Assembly: GCA_964016885.1 (NCBI GenBank)
Contig: OZ024748.1
Location: 17,670,001-17,734,000 of the forward strand
DNA: 64,000 nt
From: Eledone cirrhosa
Taxonomy: Eukaryota
Direction of reading: 5' to 3'
The position numbers and the translations under genes were made by a program. Each line of letters begins with the position of its first letter. The stretch's first letter is position 1. The notes below the pieces were generated by a model. That model did not search any database, was not told the origin of the DNA, and saw only the letters and a list, made by a program, of their open reading frames with translations. Below, in pieces: positions 27,445 to 41,615 of the stretch.

Positions 27445-27480
27445 TCTTAACGTTTGGGACACTAGTCCTTCATCAGAAGA
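27445..27480 (-). ncRNA. Family H1 hammerhead, probably inactive (GAAA mutated to CAAA)
   Basis: Reverse complement TCTT-CTGATGA-AGGACTAGTGTCC-CAAACGTT-AAGA. Confidence 0.6.
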
Positions 27481-27894
27481 AAGAATGTGAAATAAGATAG
27501 ATTGAGGGGACGGGCGGGGTGGAATTGGACAAAATGTCTTTAGATAAAAATAACAGGTCCATTCATGTTGACATCTCTTGGAAAACTGTTGATGCTGGCG
27601 TTTTGTGTATGATTTATTTTTTTAGACAAGTGGATTATGGTGCACATCTACCTGAAATGGAGAAAAAGACGTTTTGTAAAAAGAGCTATACTTGTGCACG
27701 TGCGTATGCATGTGTGTCTATATATAGTAATTTACCAATTATAAATAAACATACATACATCCAGGATAAAAGTGCAGTTGTATGGCCTAAATGTTAGAGT
27801 TGGGTTCATAACCATATGGTAGTGAGTTCAATATCTGGATCAGTTGGCAAGTTGTGATCTTGAGCAAGCCATGTTATTTCATGTTGTTTTCTTC

Positions 27895-28935
27895 GTGATA
27901 GGACTAGGGGCCCTATCATAAAAACTTCGGGGAACCCTCTTATGAAATGCCACCTTGTAGAAGGCCAACTAAGCCTGTATATGTGTGACCTATAACAACA
28001 ATGTGATAAGACTGGGAGCTCCTAACATTAAAACAATCGAGAAACCTCCTATGAGATGCAGCTTTGTAAGAGGCCAACTAAAGCCATGTAAGTGTGAGTT
28101 GTATGAAAACCATAATAGTACTGGAGACTTCTATCATTAAAACACCTGGCAAACCTCCTGTGAGATGCAACCTCATAATAGGCCAGCTAAATCCACATAG
28201 GTTTCAGCTGTAAAAACAACTTCATATAACTGAGGTCCCAAGAAAACTCCTATGAAATGTAAATTCAAAGGAAGCTAACTAAACCTGCATAGGTATGACC
28301 TGTGACAATATGATAGGATTGAGGTCCCATATCATTAAAACACCTGGGAAACCTCCTATGAGATGCAAACTTGTAGGAGATTAACTAAACCTTCATAGGT
28401 GTGATCTCTAATGACAATATGATATGACTGAGGGTTCCTAACATTAAACACACAAGAAACTTCCAATGAGATGCAATCTCATAGGAGACTAGCTAAACCT
28501 TCATAGGTGTGATCTGTAACGACAATATGATATGACTGAGGGCTCCTAACATTAAACACTCAAGAAACCTCCCATGAGATGCAATCTCATAGGAGACTAG
28601 CTAAACCTTCATAGGTGTGATCTCTAATGACAATATGATATGACTGAGGGCTCCTAACATTAAACACTCAAGAAACCTCCCATGAGATGCAATCTCATAG
28701 GAGATTAACTAAACCTTCATAGGTGTGATCTGTAACGACAATATGATATGACTGAGGGCTCCTAACATTAAACACTCAAGAAACCTCCCATGAGATGCAA
28801 TCTCATAGGAGATTAACTAAACCTTCATAGGTGTGATCTGTAACGACAATATGATATGACTGAGGGCTCCTAACATTAAACACTCAAGAAACCTCCCATG
28901 AGATGCTAACTAAACCTGCATAGGTGTGATCTGTA
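27895..28935 (+). repeat. 108-bp tandem array (~9-10 units) directly behind a degenerate SINE head (~27775-27890)
   Basis: TAAACCTTCATAGGTGTGATC recurs at 28386, 28494, 28602, 28710, 28818; earlier units diverged. Confidence 0.9.
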
Positions 28936-29758
28936 AATTTCATCTCCTTTTTTTTTTTCGTTTCATTTTTCATAAAGTGCAAACTACTTTATAAATCAGA
29001 TATAAACGTCTCAAGAAATAAAATAAAATACAAAATACAAAATATATACATAAACATAAACATGTGACTTAACTAATCTTCTTCTTCTTCTCTGTCTCCA
29101 GACACCAGATATTATCTACACTTATTTATCAAAAATCATGCTTCATTGAACACTAAATAATCCTAACCCACAGACATTACAGAAAAAGATTTTGACCAAA
29201 AATTAAAAAAAATTTAAATTAACAACTAAAAAAATGGCTGGGTTTTTCCTGGGGGATTTTTTTTTGTGTTTTTTGGGGGGAATTTTTTATGATTTTTTTT
29301 TTTAGCTTTTTTGTGTTATTTTGGGGAGTTTTTTTTTAAAAGGAAAGCAAAACAATAATATAATTAACTATGCATTAAATATCAACCATGGACGCACACA
29401 TTGAAACAAACACAAAACCAAATCAAAAGCAATGTAGTTTTAATGTATTTTTATCTGAAGATATATTTTGTCAGATAATATTCATTTTAATATTAGTTGC
29501 TACATTTTGGTAAGTTGTCTGGTCTGGAAATAGCAACCAAAGACAATGATGACCAAGAATGGTACTATTCTACACACCACCGGATATTATTAGTAGTACT
29601 AATACTATTAGTATTACTGGAATGTCTGCTGCTGCTGCTGCCATTTCCAAGTGGTTAATAGCTTTTCTATTCATTTTTGTTGGGAAAAAGAAACTTCAAA
29701 TTTTTATAATTTTATATAAAAAAAAAAAATACATTGTTTTGCTATCTCATTTCATTTT

Positions 29759-29825
<67 letters not shown>

Positions 29826-30198
29826 ATCTATATATGTAGTATATATATATATATATATGTGTATAATATGTATATAGATATATAATATATATATGTATAT
29901 TTATATATATATATACATGTATAATATGTATATATGTAGTATATATATGTATAATATATATATGTATATGTATAATATGTATGTATATACTACATATATA
30001 TATATATATATATATACTACATATATATATATATGTAGTATATATATATATATATACACACCACACAGAAAGATAACAAACATTTACACACATATACACA
30101 GACAAATGCACATGTATATCTATTATTTATGTATGTATATATATATATATATAGAGAGATGTGTGTGTGTGTGTTTATAGATATGTATTTATATACAT

Positions 30199-30251
<53 letters not shown>

Positions 30252-30344
30252 GTATACTAGCTTGCAGATAATTTATATAGTATAAATAATATATACATGT
30301 GTGAGTATATATATATATCTATTTCTGTCTGTCGATGTGTGTGA

Positions 30345-30408
<64 letters not shown>

Positions 30409-30573
30409 ATATATATGTTTATATATATATGTGTGTGCATATATAGATATATATGTGTATATAAAGTATGTTTAGATTTTTGTACATTTTTCTGTGCAGC
30501 AATTAAAAAAAATAATAATTCTTGTTATGAGATTTAATTGTGTTGTCAGACAATCTTGAGATCCATTAATTAT

Positions 30574-30629
<56 letters not shown>

Positions 30630-30980
30630 CTGTGTCTGTATGTGTCTGTATGTGTTTACGTATTTGTGTCTGTCTTTGAATGTGTATCTGTGTGTATGTG
30701 CATGTCTATGTATGTATATATGAGTATGTGTGTGTATGTGTCTGTGTATGTATATATGTGTGTGTGTTGCTGTGTATGTATCTGTGTATGTGTGTGTTTG
30801 TGTGTATCTGTATGTATGTGAGTGCGCGTGTGTGTGTGTTCATGTATGTCTGTGTGTATGCATGCGTTTATTTGTGTGTGTCTGTGTGCATGTTTGAGTA
30901 TATGTGTATATGTATGTGTTTGTATATCTGTGTTGGCGTGTATGTATGTGTTTGTATATCTGTGTTGGTGTGTATGTATA

Positions 30981-31395
30981 ATAATAATGAAATTATTGTG
31001 TAAAGTGCTCAGGTGCACTACAACTCGTCAAAGGTGCATGTATAGTACATAGAATAATACACAAATGTCAGGGAAGTGAACGGTGTACGAGTCATGATAT
31101 ACATGTGTGTATGTGTATGGAGGGGGAACATTAGCTGTAGTGTTGGCGAATCTCGGGAAGCATGGAGGCCTTAAAGGATGCAGTGTCTCGACAGCTAACA
31201 ACTGATACAGGTAGTTTGTTCCATGCTTCAGCAACTCTGAGCGTGAAATAATGTTTCCGAAAGTCATGGGAACTGTACTGTTTTCTGACTTTGTGGGCAT
31301 GTCCACGTGTGTTAGACACATGGAAATCAAAAAGGTACTGAGGGTTGTTGTTAGCAAGATGGTTAACAATTTTGTGGGTGTTTACCAAGTCAGTT
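30981..31395 (-). pseudogene. CR1-clade LINE 3' end
   Basis: ...NTRGHAHKVRKQ...RKHYFTLRVAEAWNKLPVSVV...FK...* then 3' UTR and (ATT)n. Confidence 0.85.
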
Positions 31396-31651
31396 TGTGT
31401 TTGTATATCTGTGAATGTAAGTGTGACTGTATGTGTGCATGTGTGTGAATGTGTGTGAGTGTATGTGTGCATGTGTGTGTGTGTGTGTGAGTGTATGTGT
31501 GTGTACAATTGAAGTTAGCTACAGTTAATGACATGTGATGAAAGCATGTGTAGTGTCGTCTGTAGTGAAAACAAAACTAATCTCTATCTTATTTACTATG
31601 AGTTGTAAAAATATGGAAAAGACAATACTTAGTTGTTATATTTCAGCATAA

Positions 31652-31876
31652 CCCTTTAGCATTTACATTCCTTCCTCTATATATACTATTGTATTTTCAC
31701 AGTAAAGGCTTTATCTCTCATAATTATCTCACATAATATCGAATCTATAAGATTTTGATGTTCTTTATTTTGAGAACAATACCTTAACATCAGTATGAGT
31801 GGCCAGTTACAGCCAGTTTGATCAGAATGAGGTGAGAGGATTCTGGCCGGATACAACTGGTTTAAATGCTCAAAAG
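31652..31876. mobile_element. piggyBac-type MITE copy
   Basis: Homologous to 36180-36400; right end followed by TTAA. Confidence 0.65.
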
Positions 31877-31984
31877 TTAAGCTTCAAGGGATGGCAACGT
31901 GAATGGACCTGTTTTTTCTTCCAGAATTTCTTTTACTGCCCACTCTCCTCTATCTTTTTATTTTTTCTTTGATTTCTCATTCTA

Positions 31985-32020
31985 TTTTCTGATGAAGGAC
32001 TACCATCCGAAACGTTAAGG
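31985..32020 (+). ncRNA. Family H1 minimal hammerhead
   Basis: TTTT-CTGATGA-A-GGA(CTACCA)TCC-GAAACGTT-AAGG. Confidence 0.65.
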
Positions 32021-32224
32021 CTCTTTTCCTACTATATCAAGCATAAAACTAAATTCCAAGTACTTATCATCATCATCATTTAATGTCTATTTTTCACACT
32101 TGCATGGGATAGATGGGTTGTCACATTATGAGACTAGTCAAGTCCAGGGACCATATCATGCTCACACAGATCCGTATTTGGCTTGGTTTCTGCAGCTGGA
32201 TGCTCTTCCTAATACCAATATGTT

Positions 32225-34035
32225 ATAGTGTGGACTGGATGCTATTTACCATGGCACTGAAACAGCCACTTAGCTGGGTGAACTAGGTGCCTTTTTTGTG
32301 TCATCAGCACAACCACCTTACAGGGTGGGCTGGGTGCTTTTTGTTGTGTCATCAGCACAACCACCTTACAGAGTTGACTAGATGCTTTTTGTCATGCCAC
32401 CAGTACGACACCTTACATGGTGAACTGGGTGCTTTTTTTGTTGTTTCACCAGCACAACCAGCTTACAGGGTGGACTGGATGCTTTTTATCATGTCACCAG
32501 CATGTCCCCTTTACAAAACGAACTGGGTGCTTTTTTGTCATGTCACCAGCCTGACCACTAACATGGTGAACAGGGTGCTTTTTTGTCATGTCACGAGGAC
32601 AACCACCTTAACATGGTGAACTGGGTGACTTTTGTTATGTCACCAGCACAACCACCTTAACATGGTGGACTGGGTGACTTTTGTTATGTCACCAGCACAA
32701 CCACCTTAACATGGTGAACTGGGTGACTTTTGTCATGTCACGAGGACAACCACCTTAACATGGTGAACTGGGTGACTTTTGTTATGTCACCAGCACAACC
32801 ACCTTAACATGGTGGACTGGGTGACTTTTGTTATGTCACCAGCACAACCACCTTAACATGGTGGACTGGGTGACTTTTGTTATGTCATCAGCACAACCAC
32901 CTTAACATGGTGAACAGGGTGCTTTTTTGTCATGTCACGAGGACAACCACCTTAACATGGTGAACTGGGTGACTTTTGTTATGTCACCAGCACAACCACC
33001 TTAACATGGTGGACTGGGTGACTTTTGTTATGTCACCAGCACAACCACCTTAACATGGTGAACTGGGTGACTTTTGTTATGTCACCAGCACAACCACCTT
33101 AACATGGTGAACTGGGTGACTTTTGTTATGTCACCAGCACAACCACCTTAACATGGTGAACTGGGTGACTTTTGTCATGTCACGAGGACAACCACCTTAA
33201 CATGGTGGACTGGGTGACTTTTGTTATGTCACCAGCACAACCACCTTAACATGGTGGACTGGGTGACTTTTGTTATGTCACCAGCACAACCACCTTAACA
33301 TGGTGAACTGGGTGACTTTTGTCATGTCACGAGGACAACCACCTTAACATGGTGGACTGGGTGACTTTTGTTATGTCACCAGCACAACCACCTTAACATG
33401 GTGGACTGGGTGACTTTTGTTATGTCACCAGCACAACCACCTTAACATGGTGAACTGGGTGACTTTTGTCATGTCACGAGGACAACCACCTTAACATGGT
33501 GAACTGGGTGACTTTTGTTATGTCACCAGCACAACCACCTTAACATGGTGGACTGGGTGACTTTTGTTATGTCACCAGCACAACCACCTTAACATGGTGA
33601 ACTGGGTGACTTTTGTTATGTCACCAGCACAACCACCTTAACATGGTGAACTGGGTGACTTTTGTTATGTCACCAGCACAACCACCTTAACATGGTGGAC
33701 TGGGTGACTTTTGTTATGTCACCAGCACAACCACCTTAACATGGTGAACTGGGTGACTTTTGTCATGTCACGAGGACAACCACCTTAACATGGTGAACTG
33801 GGTGACTTTTGTTATGTCACCAGCACAACCACCTTAACATGGTGGACTGGGTGACTTTTGTTATGTCACCAGCACAACCACCTTAACATGGTGAACTGGG
33901 TGACTTTTGTCATGTCACGAGGACAACCACCTTAACATGGTGAACTGGGTGACTTTTGTTATGTCACCAAGCACAACCACCTTAACATGGTGGACTGGGT
34001 GCTTTTTGTTGTGACCCTAGCACGACCACCTTACT
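32225..34035. repeat. 49-bp minisatellite expanded from the body of a SINE-B-related element
   Basis: Unit GACTTTTGTTATGTCACCAGCACAACCACCTTAACATGGTGGACTGGGT; homogeneous ~32570-34010; SINE tail at ~32065-32225. Confidence 0.92.
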
Positions 34036-34670
34036 CTGTATGAAAATTCCTATACGCATGCTATTAGAAGTCAATTGTTCTTTTAAGTGTAATAATTCCT
34101 CTCTTTTGAGTGTTATAATCAATGTATGACAAACTAGAAGGAGAGTAATTCTGGAGGCAAGAGGTGGAAAGTTCTTAATAATGAAAAGGTTTGAAACTTC
34201 TGGGTTGGCCTTTTGGCACAGATATCAATCATTAGTATTAACATTCTCAGGAATTAATGAAACTGTTTAAATTGTTCACCCTCATAAATATTTATTGTTC
34301 CCTGTGGATTAATAATATAATTAGGGAAAATGGAGATGATTAATTAATTATGACTAATTGGTTACTAGTTTGTTGTCTAAATTTGGCAGAACCTTGTAGA
34401 ATGTCTGTGGATATAATGGCGTCCTCGCCAGTCTTCTCTACTATGTTCCAATTATTAGGGGGAGGTAATTGTTATAAATGTTCCAAGTAGATTATGTTGC
34501 TATATTGGATTGTTTCCCTTATGAAGAAGATTATTTACTGTTTCTGTAACAATTAAAACAAACTTGGTTCTAATGAAAGACCAGAGTTATCAGGTGTAGC
34601 CTACTTTATTTAGGTAAATTGACTGAAACTATAATTGATTCTGATTTATATTTTAGCAAAGGGAGATAAT

Positions 34671-34852
34671 TGTTTCTACTTTAGGCACAAGGCCAGCAAT
34701 TACCCAGTGCATTACTGGTACTTTATTTTATTGACCCCGTAAGGATGAAAGGCAAAGTCAACCTCGGCGGGATTTGAACTCAGATCGTAAAGGGACGTAA
34801 CTATGCTGGAAAGCATGGCGTCCGACCCTCTACCGATACTGCCAATCCACCA
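34671..34852 (-). mobile_element. SINE family A with 14-bp TSD
   Basis: TSD CAAAGGGAGATAAT at 34657-34670 and 34853-34866. Confidence 0.9.
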
Positions 34853-34932
34853 CAAAGGGAGATAATAATAAGCAACAAGCTTACAACTCCCCCATGGACA
34901 TAGTGTCTCTGTTTTAATTCTGAGGTTAATTA

Positions 34933-35136
34933 CAAGGGCCGGCTGAACAGTTCATTGGCTGATTACGGAGGAGTGATGCTATAGCTGTGAAATCTTGCAA
35001 GCCATTAATTTCAACTCTGCTTTTTAATAATAACTGCATAGTTTCTTTTGAGGGACTGTGTTAAAAAAATAAACCTCATTTGGTCATTTCTTGAGAGTAT
35101 CTTGGTTCGCCTATAAACTTTTTCAGTCGACCCTTG
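34933..35136. mobile_element. Tc1/mariner-type MITE
   Basis: TA then CAAGGGCCGGCTGAACAGTT ... AACTTTTTCAGTCGACCCTTG imperfect TIRs. Confidence 0.6.
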
Positions 35137-35439
35137 TCATCATCATCATCGTTTAACATCCATCTTCCACACTAGCATGGGTTAGACGGTTTTGTTCTAT
35201 TTGATGCAGGAATGGTCGGGAGACCGAGTCTCGCTCATACGGAAGTGTCTCTGGCAGGTTGTTTTACAGCTGGATTCCCTTCCTAACACCTTTACAATGT
35301 GGATTGGGAGCCTTTTTACCGTGTCTCCAACATGGCCACCTTACAGTGTGGACTGGGTGCTTTTTGTTGTGTCTCCGACACAGTGGACAGAATCGAAAAG
35401 GGGGGATGGGGTAGGGTAAGGTGTACATTGTGCATACAT

Positions 35440-35803
35440 TCATCATCATCATCATCATCATTTCATTTTTTTTTTTTTTTTTTTACGCCCGCTTTTTCCC
35501 TGCTTGCGAGGGTGGGATGGGAATTGATGCTGGCTTGATTTCTACAGCTGGATGCCCTTCCTAACACCAACCTCATTTACAGTGAGTGCTGGGTGCTTTT
35601 TTGCCGTGGCACCTCCACGACCACTTTGCAGTGGAATGATAGGGACCCCAGTCCTATCATCTCATTTCTACAGCTGAGTAAACTGGAGCAATGTGAAATA
35701 AAGTGTCTTGCTCAAGGGAACAACACATCACCCGGTCTGAGAATTGAACTCACAACCTTTCGATTGCAAGGCCAATGCTCCAACCACTAAGCCATGTGCC
35801 TCC
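35440..35803 (-). mobile_element. SINE family B, full length
   Basis: Reverse complement of 616-957. Confidence 0.8.
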
Positions 35804-35826
35804 ACATTGTATACATATATATATAT

Positions 35827-36135
35827 CTTCTTCTTCACCCACTTATTCCTGAGATGATTGTGGAGGTAGAGTCCTCAAAAACTCCATCCAGCAGGTCCTG
35901 TTAGAAGCAACCAACTTCAACTGATCTGGCTGGATCTCCAAGCATGACGAGCCAAGCTTGTGGTTTCCTGGTGGAAACCCTGGGATCTCTTGCCAGTTGG
36001 TTTTGCCCGTAAAATGTGTCCAGCGATTCTTTCTTGAGATGTTTTAACCACATATCTATAGTACTGGTATTGTGATCTCTCAATTCGGTGAAGTAACAGT
36101 TCTACCTGGAGTGACTCACTGATCTCTGAGCTACA
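35827..36135 (-). pseudogene. Decayed RTE-clade LINE 3' end
   Basis: LLLHRIERSQ...SQERIAGHILRAKPTGKR with frameshifts; (GAA)n-like end. Confidence 0.6.
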
Positions 36136-36179
36136 CGCTTTATCGAGTAACACTACACGAAAGACACCTTTTACTTTAA

Positions 36180-36400
36180 CCCATTAGCATTTAAATCGGC
36201 AATATTCGGTCAGAATTCTCTCACCTCTTTCTGTTTAAACCAGTTATAACCAGCCACTCATATTAATGTTAAGGAATTCTTCTCAAAATAAATAACATCA
36301 AAATCTCATAGATTCAATATTATGTTAGATAATTATGTAAGATAAAGCCTTTACCACAAAAATACAATAGTAAATATAGAGTAATGTAAATGCTAAAGGG
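36180..36400. mobile_element. piggyBac-type MITE
   Basis: TTAA on both sides (36176-36179, 36401-36404); TIRs CCCATTAGCATTTA / TAAATGCTAAAGGG. Confidence 0.8.
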
Positions 36401-36829
36401 TTAAATCAGTTTCCCCACGAAATTCTTACTAAAATTACACCCTTCTCATACAGTTATCGGGGAGGTAATATCAATCTAAAAGGGAGGAGGGTGTTTTTAT
36501 TTAAAGAATATATAACCAATAGCGTGTGCATATATTATGTTTTTAGCATAGTACTTCAAAATTTCAACATAGTTTGTGGGACCCTCAGGTACCCCTTTTG
36601 TGAAACCACTCCCCCATGTAGGGAATTACTAGTTGAGACAGTAAGTAGGGAGACAACAATCACAATAGAACATGTTTTCTCCCAGCAGATCTCAGCTTCT
36701 TTTGCTTTGAATAAAATATATAAATATGAACACAGCCAGTATTTCTCAGAATTTACAGAAAACATTGTATCATGGCTCCCATAGGTTCTAGAGATTTCTC
36801 TTACCGATACTCTTGTATATTTTCATTAC

Positions 36830-37637
36830 TGTTGTTAATGTTGTTGTTGTTGCTTGATATTATTGTTGTCAGTGTTGTTGTTGTTGTTGTTGTTGTTGTT
36901 GCTTGATATTATTGTTGTCAGTGTTGTTGTTGTTGTTGTTGTTGTTGTTGCTTGATATTATTGTTGTCAGTGTTGTTGTTGTTGTTGTTGTCAGTGTTGT
37001 TGTTAATGTTGTTATTGTTGTCAGTGTTGTTGTTATTGTTGTTGCTATCATTGTTGTTATTGTTGTCAGTGTTTTTGTTGTTGTTACTGTTGTTGTTGTT
37101 GTTGCTATCATTGTTGTTATTGTTGTCAGTGTTGTTGTTATTGTTGTTGTTGTTGTTGCTATCAGTGTTGTTGTTGTTGTTGTTGTTGCTATCATTGTTG
37201 TTGTTGGCAGTGTTGTTGTTGTTATTGTTGTCAGTGTTGTTGTTATTGTTGTTGTTGTTGCTATCATTGTTGTTGTTGGCAGTGTTGTTGTTGTTGTTAT
37301 TGTTGTCAGTGTTGTTGCTGTTGTTGCTGCTGTTGTTGCTATGATTGTTGTTGCTGTTGCTATCGTTGTTGTTGGCAGTGTTGTTGTTATTGTTGTTGCT
37401 AGTGTTGTTATTGTTATTATTGTTGCTAGTGTTGTTGGTGTTGTTATTGTTGTGGCCCTTATTGTGTTGCTGTTGTGTGTTATTGTTATGTATTGTTATT
37501 GTTGTTGTTACTGTTATTCAGGCTGTTAATGTTGTTGTTGTTGCTGCTGCAGTGGTTGCTATAGTTGTTATTGTTGTTCTAGTGGTTGTTGTATTTGCTA
37601 TTGTTATCCCTACTATTTTTACTATTGATATTATTAC

Positions 37638-37733
<96 letters not shown>

Positions 37734-38005
37734 GGTTACTATTGGTATTATTGTTGTTGCTGCTGCTGTGGTTGATATTATCATTGTTGTTATTGTTGTT
37801 GTTGTTATTGTTGTTGCTGTGATTGTTATTGTCGTTGTTGTTGTTGCTGTGGTTGTTATTGGCATTGTTGTTGTTGTTGCTGTGGTTGCTATTGGCACAG
37901 TTGTTGTTGTTGTTGTTGCTGTGATTATTATTGTCATTGTTGTTGTTGTTGCTGTGGTTGCTATTGGCACTGTTGTTGTTGTTGTTGCTGTGATTATTAT
38001 TGTCG

Positions 38006-38037
<32 letters not shown>

Positions 38038-38205
38038 GCTGTCATTGTTGTTGTTGTTGTTATTAATATTGTTGTTGTTGTTGTTTTTACTGTGGTTACT
38101 ATTGATATTATTATTAAAATAAAGTACCAGTAATACACTGTGATAATTGCTGGCCTTTTGACAAAAGTAGAAACAATTATTGTTGTTGTTGTTGTTGTTG
38201 CCATT
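36830..38205. repeat. Compound (GTT)n/(GCT)n trinucleotide tract
   Basis: Direct reading. Confidence 0.95.
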
Positions 38206-38211
38206 GTCATC

Positions 38212-38424
38212 GGTGTGGAGTGGAAGTATCGGTAGAGGGTCGGAGGCCATGCTTTGCAGCATAGAGTTACGTCCCTTTACAATCTGAGTTCAAATCCTGC
38301 CGAGGTTAACTTTGCCTTTCATCCTTACAGAGTCGATAAAATAAAGTACCAGTAATACACTGGGTAATTGCTGGCCTTGTCCCAAAAGTAGAAACAATTA
38401 TTATTATTATTATTATTATTATTA
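38212..38424 (+). mobile_element. SINE family A
   Basis: A/B boxes, Meta-like core, (ATT)n tail. Confidence 0.8.
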
Positions 38425-38868
38425 TCTCTTCGGCCAATCCCTCATCAACTTCTTTAAGTTTCATCTGGAAAGGAAGGTGAGAGTGGAGAGAGAAGTCCCC
38501 CCCCCCCAGTACATTTGCCAAAAGGTGGATGAATGTGGCGAGAATGGCCCATGTGAATGGGCCTACTCTGACCATGCACCTATAGTCTAGCTAACTTGAG
38601 GAGAGGGGTGCTCTCCCTGGGTGCCCTAGAAGCGCAGGGTGGTTCAGGATTGGTGGGGTACCTGAGTCACCCCTGGGTTGTCCAGCCCCTATAGGGGAAT
38701 TTATTTTGTTATATTTATGCATAGTTTATTTTATATTTTTATATCTTAATTGTTAAATTAGTCTTGCCATTGTGCACTTTTACTCGTCCTTATTGTAAAC
38801 CCCCACTGTCCCTGTCTTTGTATTGTCCCCTACATGTCGGCCCTTGTGGCTAATAAATGAAATCATTA

Positions 38869-39062
38869 TTGGCAGTATCGGTAGAGGGTTGGACGCCATG
38901 CTTTCTAGCATAGTTACATCCCTTTACAGTCTGAGTTCAAATCCCGCCGAGGTTAACTGTGCCTTTCATCCTTACGGAGTCAGTAAAATAAAGTACCAGT
39001 AATGCACTGAGATAATTGCTGGCCTTGTGCCTAAAGTAGAAACAATTATTATTATTATTATC
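38869..39062 (+). mobile_element. SINE family A (slightly 5'-truncated)
   Basis: Same A/B boxes, core and tail as 38212-38424. Confidence 0.8.
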
Positions 39063-39350
39063 ATCATCATTATTGTTGCTGTGGTAGCTATTGTCATTGT
39101 TGTTGTTGTTGTTGTTATTGTTGTTGTTATTGTTATGCAGAATTCAATTGATGCTGTTATTGGAAGCAAGAATTTTCAAGCAAAATATTTCGCAGTGTGG
39201 GTAATATTATAGATTTTGCTGAATAATGGAGACGTTGGAAGGAGATAATATGTCAATATGTTATGATGATGGTGTGTATAATACACAGCGCTGTATGTGT
39301 GTATGTGTGGGTAGGTGTGTGTAAGTAATTGGCGTAGTTGGTTTGCTGAA

Positions 39351-39390
<40 letters not shown>

Positions 39391-39439
39391 ATATAAAGCA
39401 TATTGTACATATATATATATAAATACATATGTTTATATT

Positions 39440-39472
<33 letters not shown>

Positions 39473-39797
39473 GTTTATACATACATACATATATGTTTAT
39501 ATATACACATATATGTCTATACATACACACACACACACATACATATATGTATGTATATATACATATATAAACACACATATATATGTGTGTATGTATGTAT
39601 ATGTATAAATATATATATATATATATATTTCTATATGTATATATATATATATTTATACATATACATACACACATATATATATGTGTGTTTATATATGTAT
39701 ATATACATATATGTATGTGTGTGTGTATGTATAGACATATATGTGTATATATAAACATATATATATGTATGTATGTACAAACACATATATGTGTGTG

Positions 39798-39828
<31 letters not shown>

Positions 39829-39907
39829 GTATAGACATATAAGTGTATATATAAACATATATATATGTATGTATAAACACATATATGTGTGTGTATATAT
39901 ATATATA

Positions 39908-39950
<43 letters not shown>

Positions 39951-40056
39951 TTGTGTGTGTGTGTGTGTTATTAAACTTCAAAGAAAAACAAATTGAAAGG
40001 AAGAAGGGAAATATAAGTTGATATCTACCTATCTATGTGTGTATCTATTTATTCAT

Positions 40057-40091
<35 letters not shown>

Positions 40092-40218
40092 CACACACAT
40101 ATATATATATATATATACATATATACAAACATACACATAACTACATACTTTATGTATGTCTTTGCCAATATGTAAATATACATGATGATGATGATGATGA
40201 TGATGATGATATATGTGT

Positions 40219-40251
<33 letters not shown>

Positions 40252-40258
40252 CACACAC

Positions 40259-40296
<38 letters not shown>

Positions 40297-40371
40297 ATAT
40301 GTATGTATATATACACACATATATGTGTATATATATGTATATATATATATATATGTATGTATATATATATG

Positions 40372-40442
<71 letters not shown>

Positions 40443-40471
40443 GTATATATATATGTATGTATATATATATG

Positions 40472-40516
<45 letters not shown>

Positions 40517-40794
40517 ATATATATGTGCATAGAATCAAATGTTATAGTAGTTGTAATATATACATAAAAATATATATGCTTATATACATATATATATATA
40601 TGTGTGTGTGTATGTGTGTATGTATGTATATACATATATGTGAGTATGTGTGTATGTGTGTGTGTATGTATATACATATATGTGAGTATGTGTGTATGTG
40701 TGTGCGGGTGTGTTAGTATTACTATGTGTTCATCTGATACCCGAATTCATCTCATCTTTTATCTACTTTGTCTCTTAAATCAATCTATTCTTCT

Positions 40795-41092
40795 GTCATC
40801 ATCATCATCGTCATCATCATCACCAACACCACTATCATCATCACCACCATCATCACTATCATCATCATCATCATCATCACAATCACTATCATCACCACCA
40901 TCATCACTATCATCATCATCGCCATCACAACCATCATCGTCATCATCATCGCCATCACCAACACCACCACCATCATCATCATCATCACCACCATCACCAC
41001 CATCATCATCATCCCCATCATCACCATCATCACCGTCACCACCATCATCATCATCACCATCAGCATCACTATCATCATCATCATCATCATCT
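40795..41092. repeat. (CAT/CAC)n trinucleotide tract
   Basis: Direct reading. Confidence 0.95.
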
Positions 41093-41270
41093 ACTGTTAT
41101 GTAAGTAACTCCTATATAGTTAGTTCAGCAAGCTCTCCCACGTAGCTTGTTCATGATAGTTCTGAAAATAAATAAACAAACATATATATACATACATATA
41201 TATATATATATATACACAAACACACACACACACACATATACATTCATACATACATACATACATATATACA

Positions 41271-41315
<45 letters not shown>

Positions 41316-41350
41316 TTACATATACATATATTATATATATATGTATATAC

Positions 41351-41385
<35 letters not shown>

Positions 41386-41533
41386 CACCCATATGCACAT
41401 TTGTATATTTCTCAATGTGTATGTAAGCATTTGTTTGTGTATATGTGTTTGTTTATGCTTGTGTATGTGTCTGTATATATGTGTGTGTGTTTATGCATGT
41501 GTGTGTGTTTGTGCATCTGTGTGTCAGTATATA

Positions 41534-41615
<82 letters not shown>

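Noticed and set aside
29570-29674. Minus-strand 34-aa ORF MNRKAINHLEMAAAAADIPVILIVLVLLIISGGV with hydrophobic end, possible terminal exon
   Set aside because: Hydrophobicity derives from (GCA)n and (ATA/GTA)n-like repeats; no recognisable homology or partner exons. RNA-seq would be needed.
34040-34620. Possible decayed PLE coding fragment
   Set aside because: Could not recover a convincing motif by manual translation; needs a translated search.
36869-38262. Mucin-like Thr-rich and poly-Asn/Val/Leu ORFs
   Set aside because: Trinucleotide repeat with an embedded SINE tail; no splice or domain context.
38430-38865. Possible L1/Tx1-like LINE 3' remnant ending in AATAAA
   Set aside because: Only a vague resemblance; no diagnostic motif I can defend.
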